DNA of 64,000 nucleotides. Origin: Chloroflexota bacterium. GTDB lineage: Bacteria > Vulcanimicrobiota > JAMCWD01. The translations under genes were made by a program, and so were the position numbers. Under the pieces are notes generated by a model, which saw only the letters and a program-made list of their open reading frames with translations, was not told the origin of the DNA and ran no database searches. Positions 18,078 to 28,089 of the stretch are shown here, piece by piece. Within the stretch, counting starts at the first letter, position 1; each line of letters opens with the position of its first letter. The stretch lies in NCBI GenBank assembly GCA_023475345.1, contig JAMCWD010000034.1, forward strand, positions 7,691 to 71,690, given 5' to 3'.

Positions 18078-19088
18078 TTACCTGTGGATTGCTACAGGCG
18101 TGGAAAAACTGTGTGAAATAATACCTACAACATCATTCCGGGCACACTGGCGCGCAAGCTTTACTGCGTTGTATATGGTCCTGGCTTCCGCGCTTCCATG
18201 CGACTTGATACAAACGCCGTTGATCCCGAGAAACGTTGCGCCCCCATATTCGCTGTGGTCAAGCCTGCCTTTCAGCTTTGTGAACGAGGGCTTCAAAATA
18301 ACACCCGCCGCCTTGTTAAAAAGGCTGCTCATCAAGACCTCTTTTACGAGCTTGAAAAAATAAGAAGCCGTGGCCTCGGCGGTTTTCAGCACCATGTTGC
18401 CGGTGAAGCCGTCACAAACGGCGACATCGGCGGCGCCGCCCAGAAAATCCCTGGGTTCGATGTTGCCAGTGAAATTCAAACCTGCATCTTTAAGCATCAT
18501 GTAAGCTTCATTGGTAAGGGCGTTCCCCTTGCCCTCTTCGTGCCCGATATTAATAAGCGCAACCCGCGGGTTCGGCCTTTCCATCACCTTTTCCGCGTAA
18601 ATAGCGCCCATGTGCGCGAACTGGACAAGGTACTCCGGCTTACACTCGGCATTCGCCCCGGCATCGAGCATCAGGGTGGGTTGGTTCCGGGTAGGCCATA
18701 AAGTGCCCAGCGCCGGCCTTCTTACCCCCTTGATACGGCCGATATGCAGAAGCGCCGATTCCAGCAACGCGCCCGTATTTCCCGCGCATACCATTCCCGA
18801 AGCCTTACCTTCCCTGACGGCATCGGCGGCAAGAAGCATGGAGGCCCTTTTTTTCTTTTTCAAAGCCTGGGACGGGTTCTCGTCCATTGTAACATACTCA
18901 TCGGTATGTAAAATCTCCATGTTTTCAGGATAGCCGCCACGGCACAGGGGCTTTATCTTCTCCTCGTCCCCTACCAGGAGGATACTGGCTATATTATCTA
19001 CGGCGGCCTTCAGCGCTCCCCTGACTATCTCGTCAGGGGCATGATCGCCGCCCATAGCATCGACTGCAATTATTATATTATCTTCCAT
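18078..19088 (-). CDS. plsX: Phosphate acyltransferase
   Basis: IIIAVDAMGGDHAP. The start is placed at the ATG (19086-19088). The ORF track begins at an upstream GTG (19127). Confidence 0.9.
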   Translation of the reverse strand: MEDNIIIAVDAMGGDHAPDEIVRGALKAAVDNIASILLVGDEEKIKPLCRGGYPENMEILHTDEYVTMDENPSQALKKKKRASMLLAADAVREGKASGMVCAGNTGALLESALLHIGRIKGVRRPALGTLWPTRNQPTLMLDAGANAECKPEYLVQFAHMGAIYAEKVMERPNPRVALINIGHEEGKGNALTNEAYMMLKDAGLNFTGNIEPRDFLGGAADVAVCDGFTGNMVLKTAEATASYFFKLVKEVLMSSLFNKAAGVILKPSFTKLKGRLDHSEYGGATFLGINGVCIKSHGSAEARTIYNAVKLARQCARNDVVGIISHSFSTPVAIHR

Positions 19089-19182
19089 ATATTTAAAAAC
19101 CCGAATATTTAATAATCCCGGCCCCACAAATACCTGTTTATGTTTTTTCCCGGGCTATGATTTTCCTTCTTTAATTCCAAAT

Positions 19183-19209
19183 AAAAAGGAGCCCACGGGT
19201 ACGGGCTCC
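19183..19209 (-). terminator. Rho-independent terminator of rpmB
   Basis: On the minus strand: GGAGCCC-gtacccgt-GGGCTCC followed by TTTTT. Confidence 0.75.
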
Positions 19210-19226
19210 CGATACTGCGTGGCATA

Positions 19227-19418
19227 CTACTTCGATAAACTCGACTTGTAACTCCTCATACAACGGGTACAAACCCTCAGCGTAATTTTTCCGCCGGGCT
19301 GTTGGACCGTCATCTTCTGTAAGTTAGGCAGCCAGCGCCTTTTGGTTCTCCGGTTGGAATGGCTGACCATATTTCCGGTAGTAGGACCTTTTCCACATAT
19401 CTGACATTCCCTGGACAT
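19227..19418 (-). CDS. rpmB: 50S ribosomal protein L28
   Basis: [34 protein letters not shown]. Confidence 0.93.
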   Translation of the reverse strand: MSRECQICGKGPTTGNMVSHSNRRTKRRWLPNLQKMTVQQPGGKITLRVCTRCMRSYKSSLSK

Positions 19419-19579
19419 TTCGACTCCTCCTTAATCATGCGCGGATATTTTATCACAAGCTGTCAACATAGCGCAAGGATCTTTGGAAAAATTTCTAATT
19501 TTATTTCATTGCCGACAATAAGATATTATAATGTGAGCCGGGTTTCGAAAGCAGCCCGTATGTATTATGGCATATTCTG

Positions 19580-19608
19580 TTGACAAGCCATAGATATGAG
19601 GATATAAT
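19580..19608 (+). promoter_or_regulatory. Consensus sigma-70 promoter for the yceD-rpmF-fab operon
   Basis: TTGACA (19580-19585), a 17-nt spacer, then TATAAT (19603-19608). Confidence 0.75.
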
Positions 19609-19664
19609 GACTTAGATTTTGCCGAAAAACCGGGGCGGCGGAGCTTTTCCGCCCCATGTGAATT

Positions 19665-20144
19665 ATGAAAATAAATATTAATGAAATAACGAAACAACTC
19701 GGGCTTTCCCGCGATTTTGAATATTACGGGCCTTTTTCGATCAGAGAGATAGATGTCGATCTACTCGTCGATTTTAAGGCACACCTGACGCATACGGGAA
19801 AAGGGATTATCCTTGAAGGCACGATTGATACCTCAATCGACCTGGAATGTGCGAGATGCCTGGAAATTTTTTCTCTTCCGGTTCATATCGATGTTTTTGA
19901 AGAATTCATGGAAAAAGACAGGAATATTCCTACGGATGAAAAAGAACCGGATTCCGGGGATGTCTATTATTATTACGGGGACGATATAGATGTTAAGGAC
20001 GCCATAAGGCAAAATATCCTGGCGAGCCTGCCTATGAATCCGATCTGTAGTGAAGATTGCCGGGGCATCTGTCCCCAATGCGGCGGCAATTTGAACCTGG
20101 AACCATGTTCCTGCGGTGCAGGTTTCAATTTAAAGGAGGAATAG
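19665..20144 (+). CDS. yceD: YceD/DUF177 family protein
   Basis: An acidic protein ending in the Cys-rich CSEDCRGICPQCGGNLN..PCSC motif, immediately upstream of rpmF. Confidence 0.8.
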   Translation: MKININEITKQLGLSRDFEYYGPFSIREIDVDLLVDFKAHLTHTGKGIILEGTIDTSIDLECARCLEIFSLPVHIDVFEEFMEKDRNIPTDEKEPDSGDVYYYYGDDIDVKDAIRQNILASLPMNPICSEDCRGICPQCGGNLNLEPCSCGAGFNLKEE

Positions 20145-20146
20145 CA

Positions 20147-20335
20147 ATGGCCAATCCTAAGTACAAAACTTCCAAATCCAAGACGAGAAGGCGCAGGGCG
20201 AATATAAGGCTGAAACAGCCCCCCATCATGGAGTGCTCCCAATGCCACGCAATGAAGCTCCGTCATCATGTCTGCAACTCGTGCGGGTTTTATGACGGCC
20301 GTGAAGTAATTAAAATAGAAGAAACCAAGGAGTAA
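20147..20335 (+). CDS. rpmF: 50S ribosomal protein L32
   Basis: MANPKYKTSKSKTRRRRA and the C..C...HH.C..CG zinc ribbon. The start is the ATG at 20147, inside the longer listed ORF. Confidence 0.9.
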   Translation: MANPKYKTSKSKTRRRRANIRLKQPPIMECSQCHAMKLRHHVCNSCGFYDGREVIKIEETKE

Positions 20336-20381
20336 TCCCCCCTAGAAGTTCTAGATATTTTAGTTTCCTGTGAGGTGAATT

Positions 20382-21410
20382 ATGCTGAATGGGATACCTG
20401 TAGGGATAGTAGGGCTGGGTTCCTATGTCCCGGATAAAATCCTTACAAACGCGGATCTGGAAAAGATTGTAGATACGACGGACGAATGGATAAAGACGCG
20501 TACCGGCATTTCCGAAAGGCATATAGTGGAAGAGGGTATGAGTTCTTCCGACCTGGCCATAGGGGCTTCCAAAAGAGCGCTTGAAGATGCCGGGATCACC
20601 GCCGACAAGATAGATTTGATTATTTGTTCGACGGCCACCCCGGACATGATGTTCCCTGCCACCTCGTGTATCGTGCAGGATGCTATAGGCGCTCACAACG
20701 CGGGTGCTTTCGACATGGAAGTAGGTTGCTCCGGTTTCATTTATGCCCTGACTGTAGGTACCCAGTTCATAAAGTCCGGTATGTACCGGACGGTGCTTGT
20801 CGTAGGCGCCGAGTGCCTTACAAGGGTAACCGACTGGGCCGACCGCAGCACCTGTGTGCTTTTCGGGGACGGTGCGGGAGCCGCCATCCTCCAGCCTTTG
20901 AAAAAAGGAAGAGGTTTTATGGGGTTCGAACTCGGCTCCAGGGGGAGCGGGGCGAATCTTTTAACCCTTCCTGCGGGCGGCAGTAAAAAGCCTGCTTCGC
21001 ATGAGACCGTTAACAACCGTGAACATTATATCCGCATGGACGGTAACGAGGTTTACAAGTTCGCGGTGGTCATCATGGGAGAAGCATCGTTAAAAGCCCT
21101 TGAAAAAGCCGGTGTAAATCCGGAAGATGTGAGTTATTTCATTCCCCACCAGGCCAATATAAGGATCATCAACGCCGCCGCCAGAAGGCTCAAGCTCGAT
21201 ATGGACAGGGTTATCGTCAATGTTGACAGGTTCGGGAATACATCGTGCGCCTCTGTACCGCTTGCCCTGGATGAGGCATACAGGGCCGGAAGGATTAAAG
21301 AAGGCGATATACTCGTTTTCGTAGCTTTCGGCGCGGGTCTTTCCTGGGGCGCTGCGGTGCTTGAATGGGGCGGCGAACCCCTGGAAGAAGGAGAATCGAT
21401 ATGTCAATAA
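20382..21410 (+). CDS. fabH: 3-oxoacyl-ACP synthase III
   Basis: AFDMEVGCSGFIYAL (active-site Cys), HQANIRII, GNTSCASVPLAL. Confidence 0.92.
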   Translation: MLNGIPVGIVGLGSYVPDKILTNADLEKIVDTTDEWIKTRTGISERHIVEEGMSSSDLAIGASKRALEDAGITADKIDLIICSTATPDMMFPATSCIVQDAIGAHNAGAFDMEVGCSGFIYALTVGTQFIKSGMYRTVLVVGAECLTRVTDWADRSTCVLFGDGAGAAILQPLKKGRGFMGFELGSRGSGANLLTLPAGGSKKPASHETVNNREHYIRMDGNEVYKFAVVIMGEASLKALEKAGVNPEDVSYFIPHQANIRIINAAARRLKLDMDRVIVNVDRFGNTSCASVPLALDEAYRAGRIKEGDILVFVAFGAGLSWGAAVLEWGGEPLEEGESICQ

Positions 21411-22345
21411 ACAACAGCGCTTTCATGTTCCCCGGGCAGGGGGCCCAGTTTGTCGGGATGGGCAAAGATCTTGCCGAAACCTTTCCCGAAGCCATGAATG
21501 TTTTCGATACGGCCGACCGGGTAATGGGTGAGAGCCTGAAAAAAATATGCTGGGAAGGGCCGGAAGACACCCTCCGCCAGACCGTATATACACAGCCGGC
21601 GATAGTAACGCACAGCCTTGCGGGATATAAGATCCTGGAAAAAATGGGGTTGACGCCCTCGGTGGTTGCCGGGCACAGCATCGGTGAATACTCGGCTCTT
21701 TTCGCCGCAGGGGTCCTAAGCCTGGAAGATACCATGATGCTGGTAAGGGAGAGAGGGAAGCTGATGCAGGAAGCCGGTGACCGCTGGCCGGGAACCATGT
21801 CCGCAATTATCGGCCTCCCGTATGAAGAGGTAGAGAATATCTGTAACGCCGTCGACGGCGTCGTGGTGATAGCCAACCTTAATTCGGATTCCCAGGTGGT
21901 TATATCGGGTGAGGTTAAGGCGGTAGAGGCGGCGAACGAGCTTGCAAAGGAAAAAAAGGCCAAGAGGGTGATGCCGCTTACAGTCAGCGCCGCTTTTCAT
22001 TCGCCCCTGATGGAAGAAGCAGCGGAACTTTTTTCGGAGTTCATAGATAAAGCCGTATTTTCGGATGCCCGCATCCCGGTTGTCATGAACGTTACCGGGG
22101 AATACGAGACTTCGGCGGGCCGGATCAAAGACCTCATGAAAAAGCAGATAAGAAGCCGTGTCAGGTGGCTCGATATCATGAAGTCGATGAAAGACGGCGG
22201 GGTTAAGTTATACTGCGAGGTAGGGCCGGGCAAAGTCCTGTCCGGACTTGTCAAACGCTTCGATAAGGACGCGGTCGTTTACGATCTCGGCTCAGCCGAA
22301 GGGATTCAGAAGTTTGACGCTGAAATGAAGGTTTCCAAATCTTAG
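21401..22345 (+). CDS. fabD: Malonyl CoA-ACP transacylase
   Basis: FMFPGQGAQ, GHSIGEYSAL, AFHSPLM. The ATG at 21401 overlaps the fabH stop. Confidence 0.92.
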   Translation: MSINNSAFMFPGQGAQFVGMGKDLAETFPEAMNVFDTADRVMGESLKKICWEGPEDTLRQTVYTQPAIVTHSLAGYKILEKMGLTPSVVAGHSIGEYSALFAAGVLSLEDTMMLVRERGKLMQEAGDRWPGTMSAIIGLPYEEVENICNAVDGVVVIANLNSDSQVVISGEVKAVEAANELAKEKKAKRVMPLTVSAAFHSPLMEEAAELFSEFIDKAVFSDARIPVVMNVTGEYETSAGRIKDLMKKQIRSRVRWLDIMKSMKDGGVKLYCEVGPGKVLSGLVKRFDKDAVVYDLGSAEGIQKFDAEMKVSKS

Positions 22346-22407
22346 AAAAAAATCCCGGCTGAAGGAATTTTCGGATAAAAGGAAAATACAGGTAAACTTA
22401 TTCGGAG

Positions 22408-23157
22408 GTGAATATGAGCCTGGAAGGTAAGGTCGCACTTGTTACCGGTTCGGGACGGGGGATAGGCCGCGAGATAGCTCTCCTCCTTGCCGGTCGTGGC
22501 GTAGACCTTGTTATTACCGATATAGACGAAGCCAGCGCGGTAAAGGCCGCCGAAGAGGTTAAGGAAAAAGGGCGTAAAGCAATCGCCGTAAAATCCGATG
22601 TTTCCAATGCCGCAGATGTCGAAGCTCTGTTCAAAAAGGCGGTTGATGAATTCGGTCGCCTGGACATACTTGTCAATAATGCAGGCATAACCCGCGACAC
22701 GCTGCTTGTCCGTATGAAGGAAGAGGATTGGGACGCGGTGCTTGCGGTGAATTTGAAAGGCGCGTTCCTTTGCACGCGGGCGGCGGCAAAGATAATGATG
22801 CGCCAGAGAAGCGGCCGGATCATAAATATTTCTTCGGTAATCGGGCTTATGGGCAATGTCGGCCAGGCCAATTACTCGGCTTCTAAAGCCGGTCTTCTGG
22901 GACTGACAAAATCCGCGGCAAGGGAGCTTGCTCCCAGGGGGGTAACGGTCAACGCGGTAACCCCCGGGTTTATACAAACCGACATGACCGCCAACCTGCC
23001 CGAAGAAGTTAAAACGAGTCTGATGAACGCCGTTCCCATGAAAAAACTGGGCGAACCCCGTGACGTCGCCGAACTTATAGCGTTCCTGGCCGGTAATGGT
23101 GCGGATTATATAACAGGCCAGGTCATAGGTGTTGACGGCGGAATGGTAATGTCATAA
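22408..23157 (+). CDS. fabG: 3-oxoacyl-ACP reductase
   Basis: ALVTGSGRGIGREIA, NNAGITRD, YSASKAG. Confidence 0.92.
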   Translation: MNMSLEGKVALVTGSGRGIGREIALLLAGRGVDLVITDIDEASAVKAAEEVKEKGRKAIAVKSDVSNAADVEALFKKAVDEFGRLDILVNNAGITRDTLLVRMKEEDWDAVLAVNLKGAFLCTRAAAKIMMRQRSGRIINISSVIGLMGNVGQANYSASKAGLLGLTKSAARELAPRGVTVNAVTPGFIQTDMTANLPEEVKTSLMNAVPMKKLGEPRDVAELIAFLAGNGADYITGQVIGVDGGMVMS

Positions 23158-23192
23158 AAAAATAAAAGCAGATCGACGAAGGGAGGAAAAAA

Positions 23193-23432
23193 ATGTCAGC
23201 TGTTTTCGAAAGAATGAAAAAAATCGTTGTTGAGCAACTCGGGGTGGAAGAAGAACAGGTTACTGAAAACGCTTCTTTTACCGATGATCTGGGTGCAGAT
23301 TCGCTTGACCAGGTGGAGTTAATCATGGCCCTGGAGCAGGAATTTAATGCAGAAATACCTGATGAAGAGGCTGAAAAACTCGCCACCGTCGGCGATGCGG
23401 TAAAGTTCATCGAAGCCAATACGGAAAACTGA
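23193..23432 (+). CDS. acpP: Acyl carrier protein
   Basis: [17 protein letters not shown] (phosphopantetheine-attachment Ser), 79 aa. Confidence 0.93.
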   Translation: MSAVFERMKKIVVEQLGVEEEQVTENASFTDDLGADSLDQVELIMALEQEFNAEIPDEEAEKLATVGDAVKFIEANTEN

Positions 23433-23457
23433 TTTTTCCCCACAGGGAATTCAAATC

Positions 23458-23950
23458 GTGGAAATAGATACCGGGAGGCTGGCCGGGCTGCTTTCATCGG
23501 CGCCGCCTTAGACTTGCGGCTGCTGAATCATGCACGGGTGGGTTTATTTCCGGTACTATAACCGACCGGCCCGGAAGTTCCGAGTATTTCCTGGGGGGAG
23601 TCGTAGCCTATTCCAATGAGATCAAGCATTCCATGCTCGGGGTGCCTGAAATATTATTGGAGAAGCACGGTGCCGTAAGCCGGCAGGTCGCCGAAGCCAT
23701 GGCCGAAGGGGCCAGGGCACGGTTTAATGCGGACTTTACCGTTTCGGCAACCGGGATAGCGGGGCCGTCGGGCGGTTCTCCTGAAAAGCCTGTAGGGCTG
23801 GTTTATATCGGCATAGCAGGCCCGGGAAACACTATTTCCAGGAAATTCCTCTTTAAGGGCGGAAGAAAAAAAATCAGGGAAAATGCCTGCAGGGAAGCAA
23901 TAAACTTGTTAACCGAGCAAATTACACTGTGGATTGATGCCGGAGGATAA
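23458..23950 (+). pseudogene. pncC: CinA C-terminal domain / nicotinamide-nucleotide amidohydrolase PncC-like gene, split by an apparent frameshift
   Basis: One frame runs from GTG 23458 (VEIDTGRLAGLLSS...) and stops at TAG 23509-23511. A second frame is open from 23468 and reads RRRLRLAAAESCTGGFISGTITDRPGSSEYFLGGVVAYSNE...TGIAGPSGG..EKPVGLVYIG through to 23950. The listed ATG at 23633 is internal to the conserved domain. Confidence 0.65.
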
Positions 23951-23952
23951 AT

Positions 23953-24288
23953 ATGGTTGAAAAAAGAGCCTCGATATGTGGATTGATAAACAGGACACTG
24001 GAAGGCGCTTCTCAGCCTCTTTCGGTGGAAGAGATTACAGTGAACGCCACCCAGTCATGGGGACGCCCGTTTCCCGCCAACCAGTACGAGCCCCCATGCC
24101 TGGTGTATAAGCTGGCCGTGGAATTCTGCGATGCCAGGATTGCAGGGGAAAGCGAGCAGATCCTGCTTGATACGGGATCGGATGATGATAAGATCATATT
24201 CCTGTCCCCCGGCCTTTCGGCCTATGTTTTGAACAAAGCGGTCGAACAGATAAAACAGCTTAAGTTGTACAAAAATAAAGAAGAATGA
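23953..24288 (+). CDS. Hypothetical protein
   Basis: An ORF tightly packed between the cinA-like gene and thpR. No motif recognised. Confidence 0.4.
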   Translation: MVEKRASICGLINRTLEGASQPLSVEEITVNATQSWGRPFPANQYEPPCLVYKLAVEFCDARIAGESEQILLDTGSDDDKIIFLSPGLSAYVLNKAVEQIKQLKLYKNKEE

Positions 24289-24851
24289 GATTATTCGTCG
24301 CCGTTCAATTAGATGACCATGTTCGGCGGCACCTGGAGCAGTTACAGGAAAAGCTCCGCCCGGGTTGTTCTTTCGTAAGGTGGGTAAGGCCCGAATCCAT
24401 TCACCTTACACTTAAATTCCTGGGCGAAGCGGAAGAAGAAAAACTGAAATCTATTCTAAATGCGTTGGCTCCCTTAAAAGATAACCATTCTCCTTTTACT
24501 CTGGAATTTGAAAATACAGGCGCCTTTCCCTCTATTTCCAGGCCCAGTGTCATATGGTTCGGTGTAAAGAATAAACCCGAACTTATCAGGCTGCAGCAGG
24601 AAGTGGATAAAAGGCTGGAGAAAATAGGCTTTCCCAGGGAGGATCGTAAATTTAAGCCTCACCTGACACTGGGGCGGCTGAAAGATCCGAAAAGCCCCGG
24701 CTCTTTGCCAGGTCTTATCGGAGAAGCATGTGACTATCCCGGAATTTCCCAGGAGATAGGTTCTTTTGCCCTGATGCAAAGCAATATCATGCCCGGAGGG
24801 GCCAGGTACACCTGCCTGGAAAAATATATTTTGGAAGAGAGGGAGACCTGA
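24285..24851 (+). CDS. thpR: RNA 2',3'-cyclic phosphodiesterase (2H family, LigT/ThpR)
   Basis: Two HxT motifs: [10 protein letters not shown] and PHLTLGRL. Confidence 0.85.
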   Translation: MRLFVAVQLDDHVRRHLEQLQEKLRPGCSFVRWVRPESIHLTLKFLGEAEEEKLKSILNALAPLKDNHSPFTLEFENTGAFPSISRPSVIWFGVKNKPELIRLQQEVDKRLEKIGFPREDRKFKPHLTLGRLKDPKSPGSLPGLIGEACDYPGISQEIGSFALMQSNIMPGGARYTCLEKYILEERET

Positions 24852-25915
24852 TGGATAAGAAAAAAGCCCTTGATATGGCGATAGCCCAGATCGAAAAGCA
24901 GTTCGGTAAGGGCTCGATAATGAAGCTTGGAGAGGCCGGAGCGAAGATGGACATCCCGACAATACCCACCGGCTCTTTATCGCTGGATATGGCGCTGGGT
25001 ATCGGCGGGATCCCCAGAGGCAGGGTAACCGAGGTGTTCGGCCCGGAGGCTTCCGGCAAGACAACGCTTGCATTACAGATCCTGGCCGAGGCGCAGAAAA
25101 AGGGCGGCATAGCGGCGTTCATCGATGTCGAACATGCGCTTGACCCGGCTTATGCAGCGGCGCTGGGTGTGGATATTGAAAACCTGTATATATCACAGCC
25201 GGATACGGGAGAGCAGGCCCTGGAGATCCTCGAATCGATGGTCCGCAGCAACGCGATAGATATAGCCGTGGTCGATTCAGTCGCCGCGCTCGTCCCGCGC
25301 GCCGAGATAGAAGGCGATATGGGAGACGCCCACATGGGGCTCCAGGCAAGGCTGATGAGTCAGGCGCTCAGGAAGCTTACCGCGATTATCAGCAAGTCGA
25401 AAACCTCCGCGCTTTTCATAAACCAGGTCCGCAACAAGATAGGCGTCATGTTCGGCAATCCCGAAGTTACGCCGGGCGGCCGGGCGCTGAAATTTTACTC
25501 TACAATACGCCTCGAGGTGAGAAAAGCCGATTCCATTAAATCAGGCAGCGAGATAATCGGGACCAGGGTCCGGGTCAAGGTCGTAAAGAACAAGCTTGCC
25601 GCGCCTTTCCGCCAGGCCGAATTCGATATCATCTTCGGCAAGGGGATTTCCAGCGAGGGCGATGTCCTTGACCTCGCGGTCACTGCCGGGCTTGTTACAA
25701 AGAGCGGTACATGGTTTATTTATGGCGAAACAAAGCTCGGTCAGGGAAGAGAAAACGCCCGCAAGTTCCTCGAAGATAACCCGAAAGTTATGGATGAGTT
25801 GGAGACAAAACTTCGCGAATCGCACGGCGGCTTTATGCTCCCGACAAAATTAGAGACGGAAGAAGAAACTGAAGAAGAGGGAGCCGAAGGAGAACTGGAG
25901 CTCCAGCTGGAATAA
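24851..25915 (+). CDS. recA: Recombinase RecA
   Basis: [47 protein letters not shown]. Confidence 0.97.
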   Translation: MDKKKALDMAIAQIEKQFGKGSIMKLGEAGAKMDIPTIPTGSLSLDMALGIGGIPRGRVTEVFGPEASGKTTLALQILAEAQKKGGIAAFIDVEHALDPAYAAALGVDIENLYISQPDTGEQALEILESMVRSNAIDIAVVDSVAALVPRAEIEGDMGDAHMGLQARLMSQALRKLTAIISKSKTSALFINQVRNKIGVMFGNPEVTPGGRALKFYSTIRLEVRKADSIKSGSEIIGTRVRVKVVKNKLAAPFRQAEFDIIFGKGISSEGDVLDLAVTAGLVTKSGTWFIYGETKLGQGRENARKFLEDNPKVMDELETKLRESHGGFMLPTKLETEEETEEEGAEGELELQLE

Positions 25916-25944
25916 ACGATAAATACGGCACAAATAAAATTGTA

Positions 25945-25988
25945 AAGGGACATGGCTGGATGCTATCCGGAACCTGTCCCTTTTTTTA
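25945..25988 (+). terminator. Rho-independent terminator after recA
   Basis: AAGGGACA (25945-25952) pairs with TGTCCCTT (25975-25982). There is an inner GGAT/ATCC stem, and a T-run follows. Confidence 0.65.
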
Positions 25989-26016
25989 GGCATAAATCAC
26001 AAGGAGACGGTTAGCG

Positions 26017-26511
26017 TTGAACAGCCAGCCGGAAGACCGCGAATATAAAAAAGCCCTGTCTTATGCGTATGCGGCGCTTGCACGCAGGGCGTTGAGCGTT
26101 AATGAACTGAGGGAAAAGCTGAAAAGGAAAAAGGTTCCCGTGTCCCTCAGGGAGAAGGTATTGAATTACCTTGTCGAGCGCGGCTTCCTTAACGATTCCG
26201 ATTATGCCGCACGTTATACAGGCGAGCGGCACCGCAGCGGACATGGAAAAATAAAAATCAAATTCGAATTAAAAAGAAGGGGCATATCCGACAACATTAT
26301 AGAAGATGCGCTGGAGTCGCTAAACGACGAAAGCCAGGAGCAGAAGGCTTACGCCCTGGCATTGAGGAAAAAAGATCTTGGCAAAAACTACGTCCAGGTA
26401 ATGCGGTTCCTGCTGGGCAGGGGTTTTTCGCCCGGTATTTCCAGGAAAGTCCTGGCCGCAGTATTCACAAAGGATGATGATAACAATTTTTCGTCAGGAG
26501 GCATAACATGA
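26017..26511 (+). CDS. recX: Recombination regulator RecX
   Basis: Sits after recA. Three-helix repeats of the type ...YLV.RGFLNDSDYA..Y. TTG start. Confidence 0.75.
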   Translation: MNSQPEDREYKKALSYAYAALARRALSVNELREKLKRKKVPVSLREKVLNYLVERGFLNDSDYAARYTGERHRSGHGKIKIKFELKRRGISDNIIEDALESLNDESQEQKAYALALRKKDLGKNYVQVMRFLLGRGFSPGISRKVLAAVFTKDDDNNFSSGGIT

Positions 26512-27425
26512 AAGATCTTGGCGCCGTAATTACAGCCATGGTTACGCCGTTCAAAGAGAATGGCGAGGTCAACTACGAAATGGCCGGGAAGCTTGCGAAA
26601 CGGCTTCTTAGCAACGGCAGCGACGGGGTCCTTGTTGCCGGAACTACCGGCGAATCCCCTACGCTTTCATCTGAGGAAAAGCTGGAACTTTTCAGCACCG
26701 TCCGCGAAGCCATCGGCAGCAGAGGCACCATGATCGCCGGCGTGGGAACAAACGATACGAAGAAAACCGTGGAGTTCGCAAAACTCGCGCAGGATAAAGG
26801 CCCGGACGCGCTCCTCGTGGTTTCGCCTTACTACAACAAGCCCCCCCAGGAGGCGTTATACCGCCATTTCCGCCACGTCGCCGAATCGGTTTCGCTCCCT
26901 GTGATCATATACAACATTCCCGGCCGTACAGGGGTTAATATCCTCCCCGAAACCCTGGGGAGGCTGATGGAAATCCCCAATATAAAAGCTGTTAAAGATT
27001 GTACCTGTGACCTGGGGCAGGTAAGCGAGTTTGCGATCCTTGCCCGCGAAAAGAACAGGGCGCGGGACGACGATTTTGTAATTTACAGCGGGGAAGACGG
27101 ACTGGTGCTGCCTATACTCAGTGTCGGCGGCCACGGCGTAATCAGCGTGGTGTCACATGTCGCCGGGCCGAAGATGCAGAGGATGATACAGGCGTACCGG
27201 GAGGGCAATATCGAGGAAGCAAAAGAAATCCACCTTTCCATGAGGCCGCTTGTCCAGGCGTTGTTTGAAACTACAAACCCCATACTGGCAAAGGCCGCGA
27301 TGAACCTCATGGGGTTTGACGTAGGAGGATTGCGCCTCCCGCTCATTCCGGCAGCCGATGAGCAGGTAAAAAAGCTGGAATCGGTGATGATACAACAGGG
27401 TATTTTGAGAACACAAAATGCCTGA
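26508..27425 (+). CDS. dapA: 4-hydroxy-tetrahydrodipicolinate synthase
   Basis: TAMVTPF, GTTGESPTLS.EE, YNIPGRTG. Confidence 0.9.
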   Translation: MKDLGAVITAMVTPFKENGEVNYEMAGKLAKRLLSNGSDGVLVAGTTGESPTLSSEEKLELFSTVREAIGSRGTMIAGVGTNDTKKTVEFAKLAQDKGPDALLVVSPYYNKPPQEALYRHFRHVAESVSLPVIIYNIPGRTGVNILPETLGRLMEIPNIKAVKDCTCDLGQVSEFAILAREKNRARDDDFVIYSGEDGLVLPILSVGGHGVISVVSHVAGPKMQRMIQAYREGNIEEAKEIHLSMRPLVQALFETTNPILAKAAMNLMGFDVGGLRLPLIPAADEQVKKLESVMIQQGILRTQNA

Positions 27426-27981
27426 CAAGCTTGACAGCCTGGCAAAAAAAATCAAAGTATGCACACTGTGCGATCTTCATAAAACCCGGACTAATGCGGT
27501 CCCCGGTTCGGGAAGCTGTGCATCCGGCATAATGTTTGTCGGGGAAGGCCCCGGCAAAAACGAAGACGAGCAGGGGGTCCCTTTTGTCGGCATGGCCGGG
27601 AAGTTTCTGGATGAATTGCTCCGCGGCATCGGTGTACAGAGAAGCGAAGTTTTCATAACCAACATCGTTAAATGCAGACCTCCCGGCAACCGCGATCCCG
27701 TGCCGGAAGAAATCGAGACCTGCCTGCCGTACCTGCGCGAACAGGTCCTACTGCTGAAGCCGGGAGCAATAGTAACTCTCGGAAGGATCGCGTTGATGAG
27801 GCTTGTTGACCCGGCCCTTTCAATATCGCTTGCCCACGGCCGGGTGTTCAAAAAAGGCAGGATCAATTTTTTTGCGAGCTACCACCCGGCGGCTGCGTTG
27901 TACAACAAAAAGCTTGAGTCTGTGATGCGTGAGGATTTCGCCGCTTTAAGCAGGTTCTTGAAAAAAACGGGACGATCCTGA
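27418..27981 (+). CDS. Uracil-DNA glycosylase, family 4
   Basis: CTLC.L...RTN.VPG.G, MFVGEGPG..ED..G.PFVG.AG, NIVKCRPP.NRDP, SYHPAA. Confidence 0.85.
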   Translation: MPDKLDSLAKKIKVCTLCDLHKTRTNAVPGSGSCASGIMFVGEGPGKNEDEQGVPFVGMAGKFLDELLRGIGVQRSEVFITNIVKCRPPGNRDPVPEEIETCLPYLREQVLLLKPGAIVTLGRIALMRLVDPALSISLAHGRVFKKGRINFFASYHPAAALYNKKLESVMREDFAALSRFLKKTGRS

Positions 27982-28089
27982 AATCTTCCGTATTAATTCT
28001 TCAGATTAATAAGTGCACAGGCAGGAGCGCAAGCTCTCCGGGGGAAATTATACTATTGAATTTTATGTGCCGGTTATTGAAAGGAGTGG

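Noticed and set aside
21295-22977. Antisense ORFs of 222 aa and 211 aa opposite fabD and fabG
   Set aside because: The plus-strand genes carry unmistakable FabD and FabG motifs. The antisense products are low-complexity shadows typical of GC-biased third positions.
24474-25122. Antisense ORFs of 199 aa and 111 aa opposite thpR and recA
   Set aside because: They overlap well-supported plus-strand genes and have no motif or RBS.
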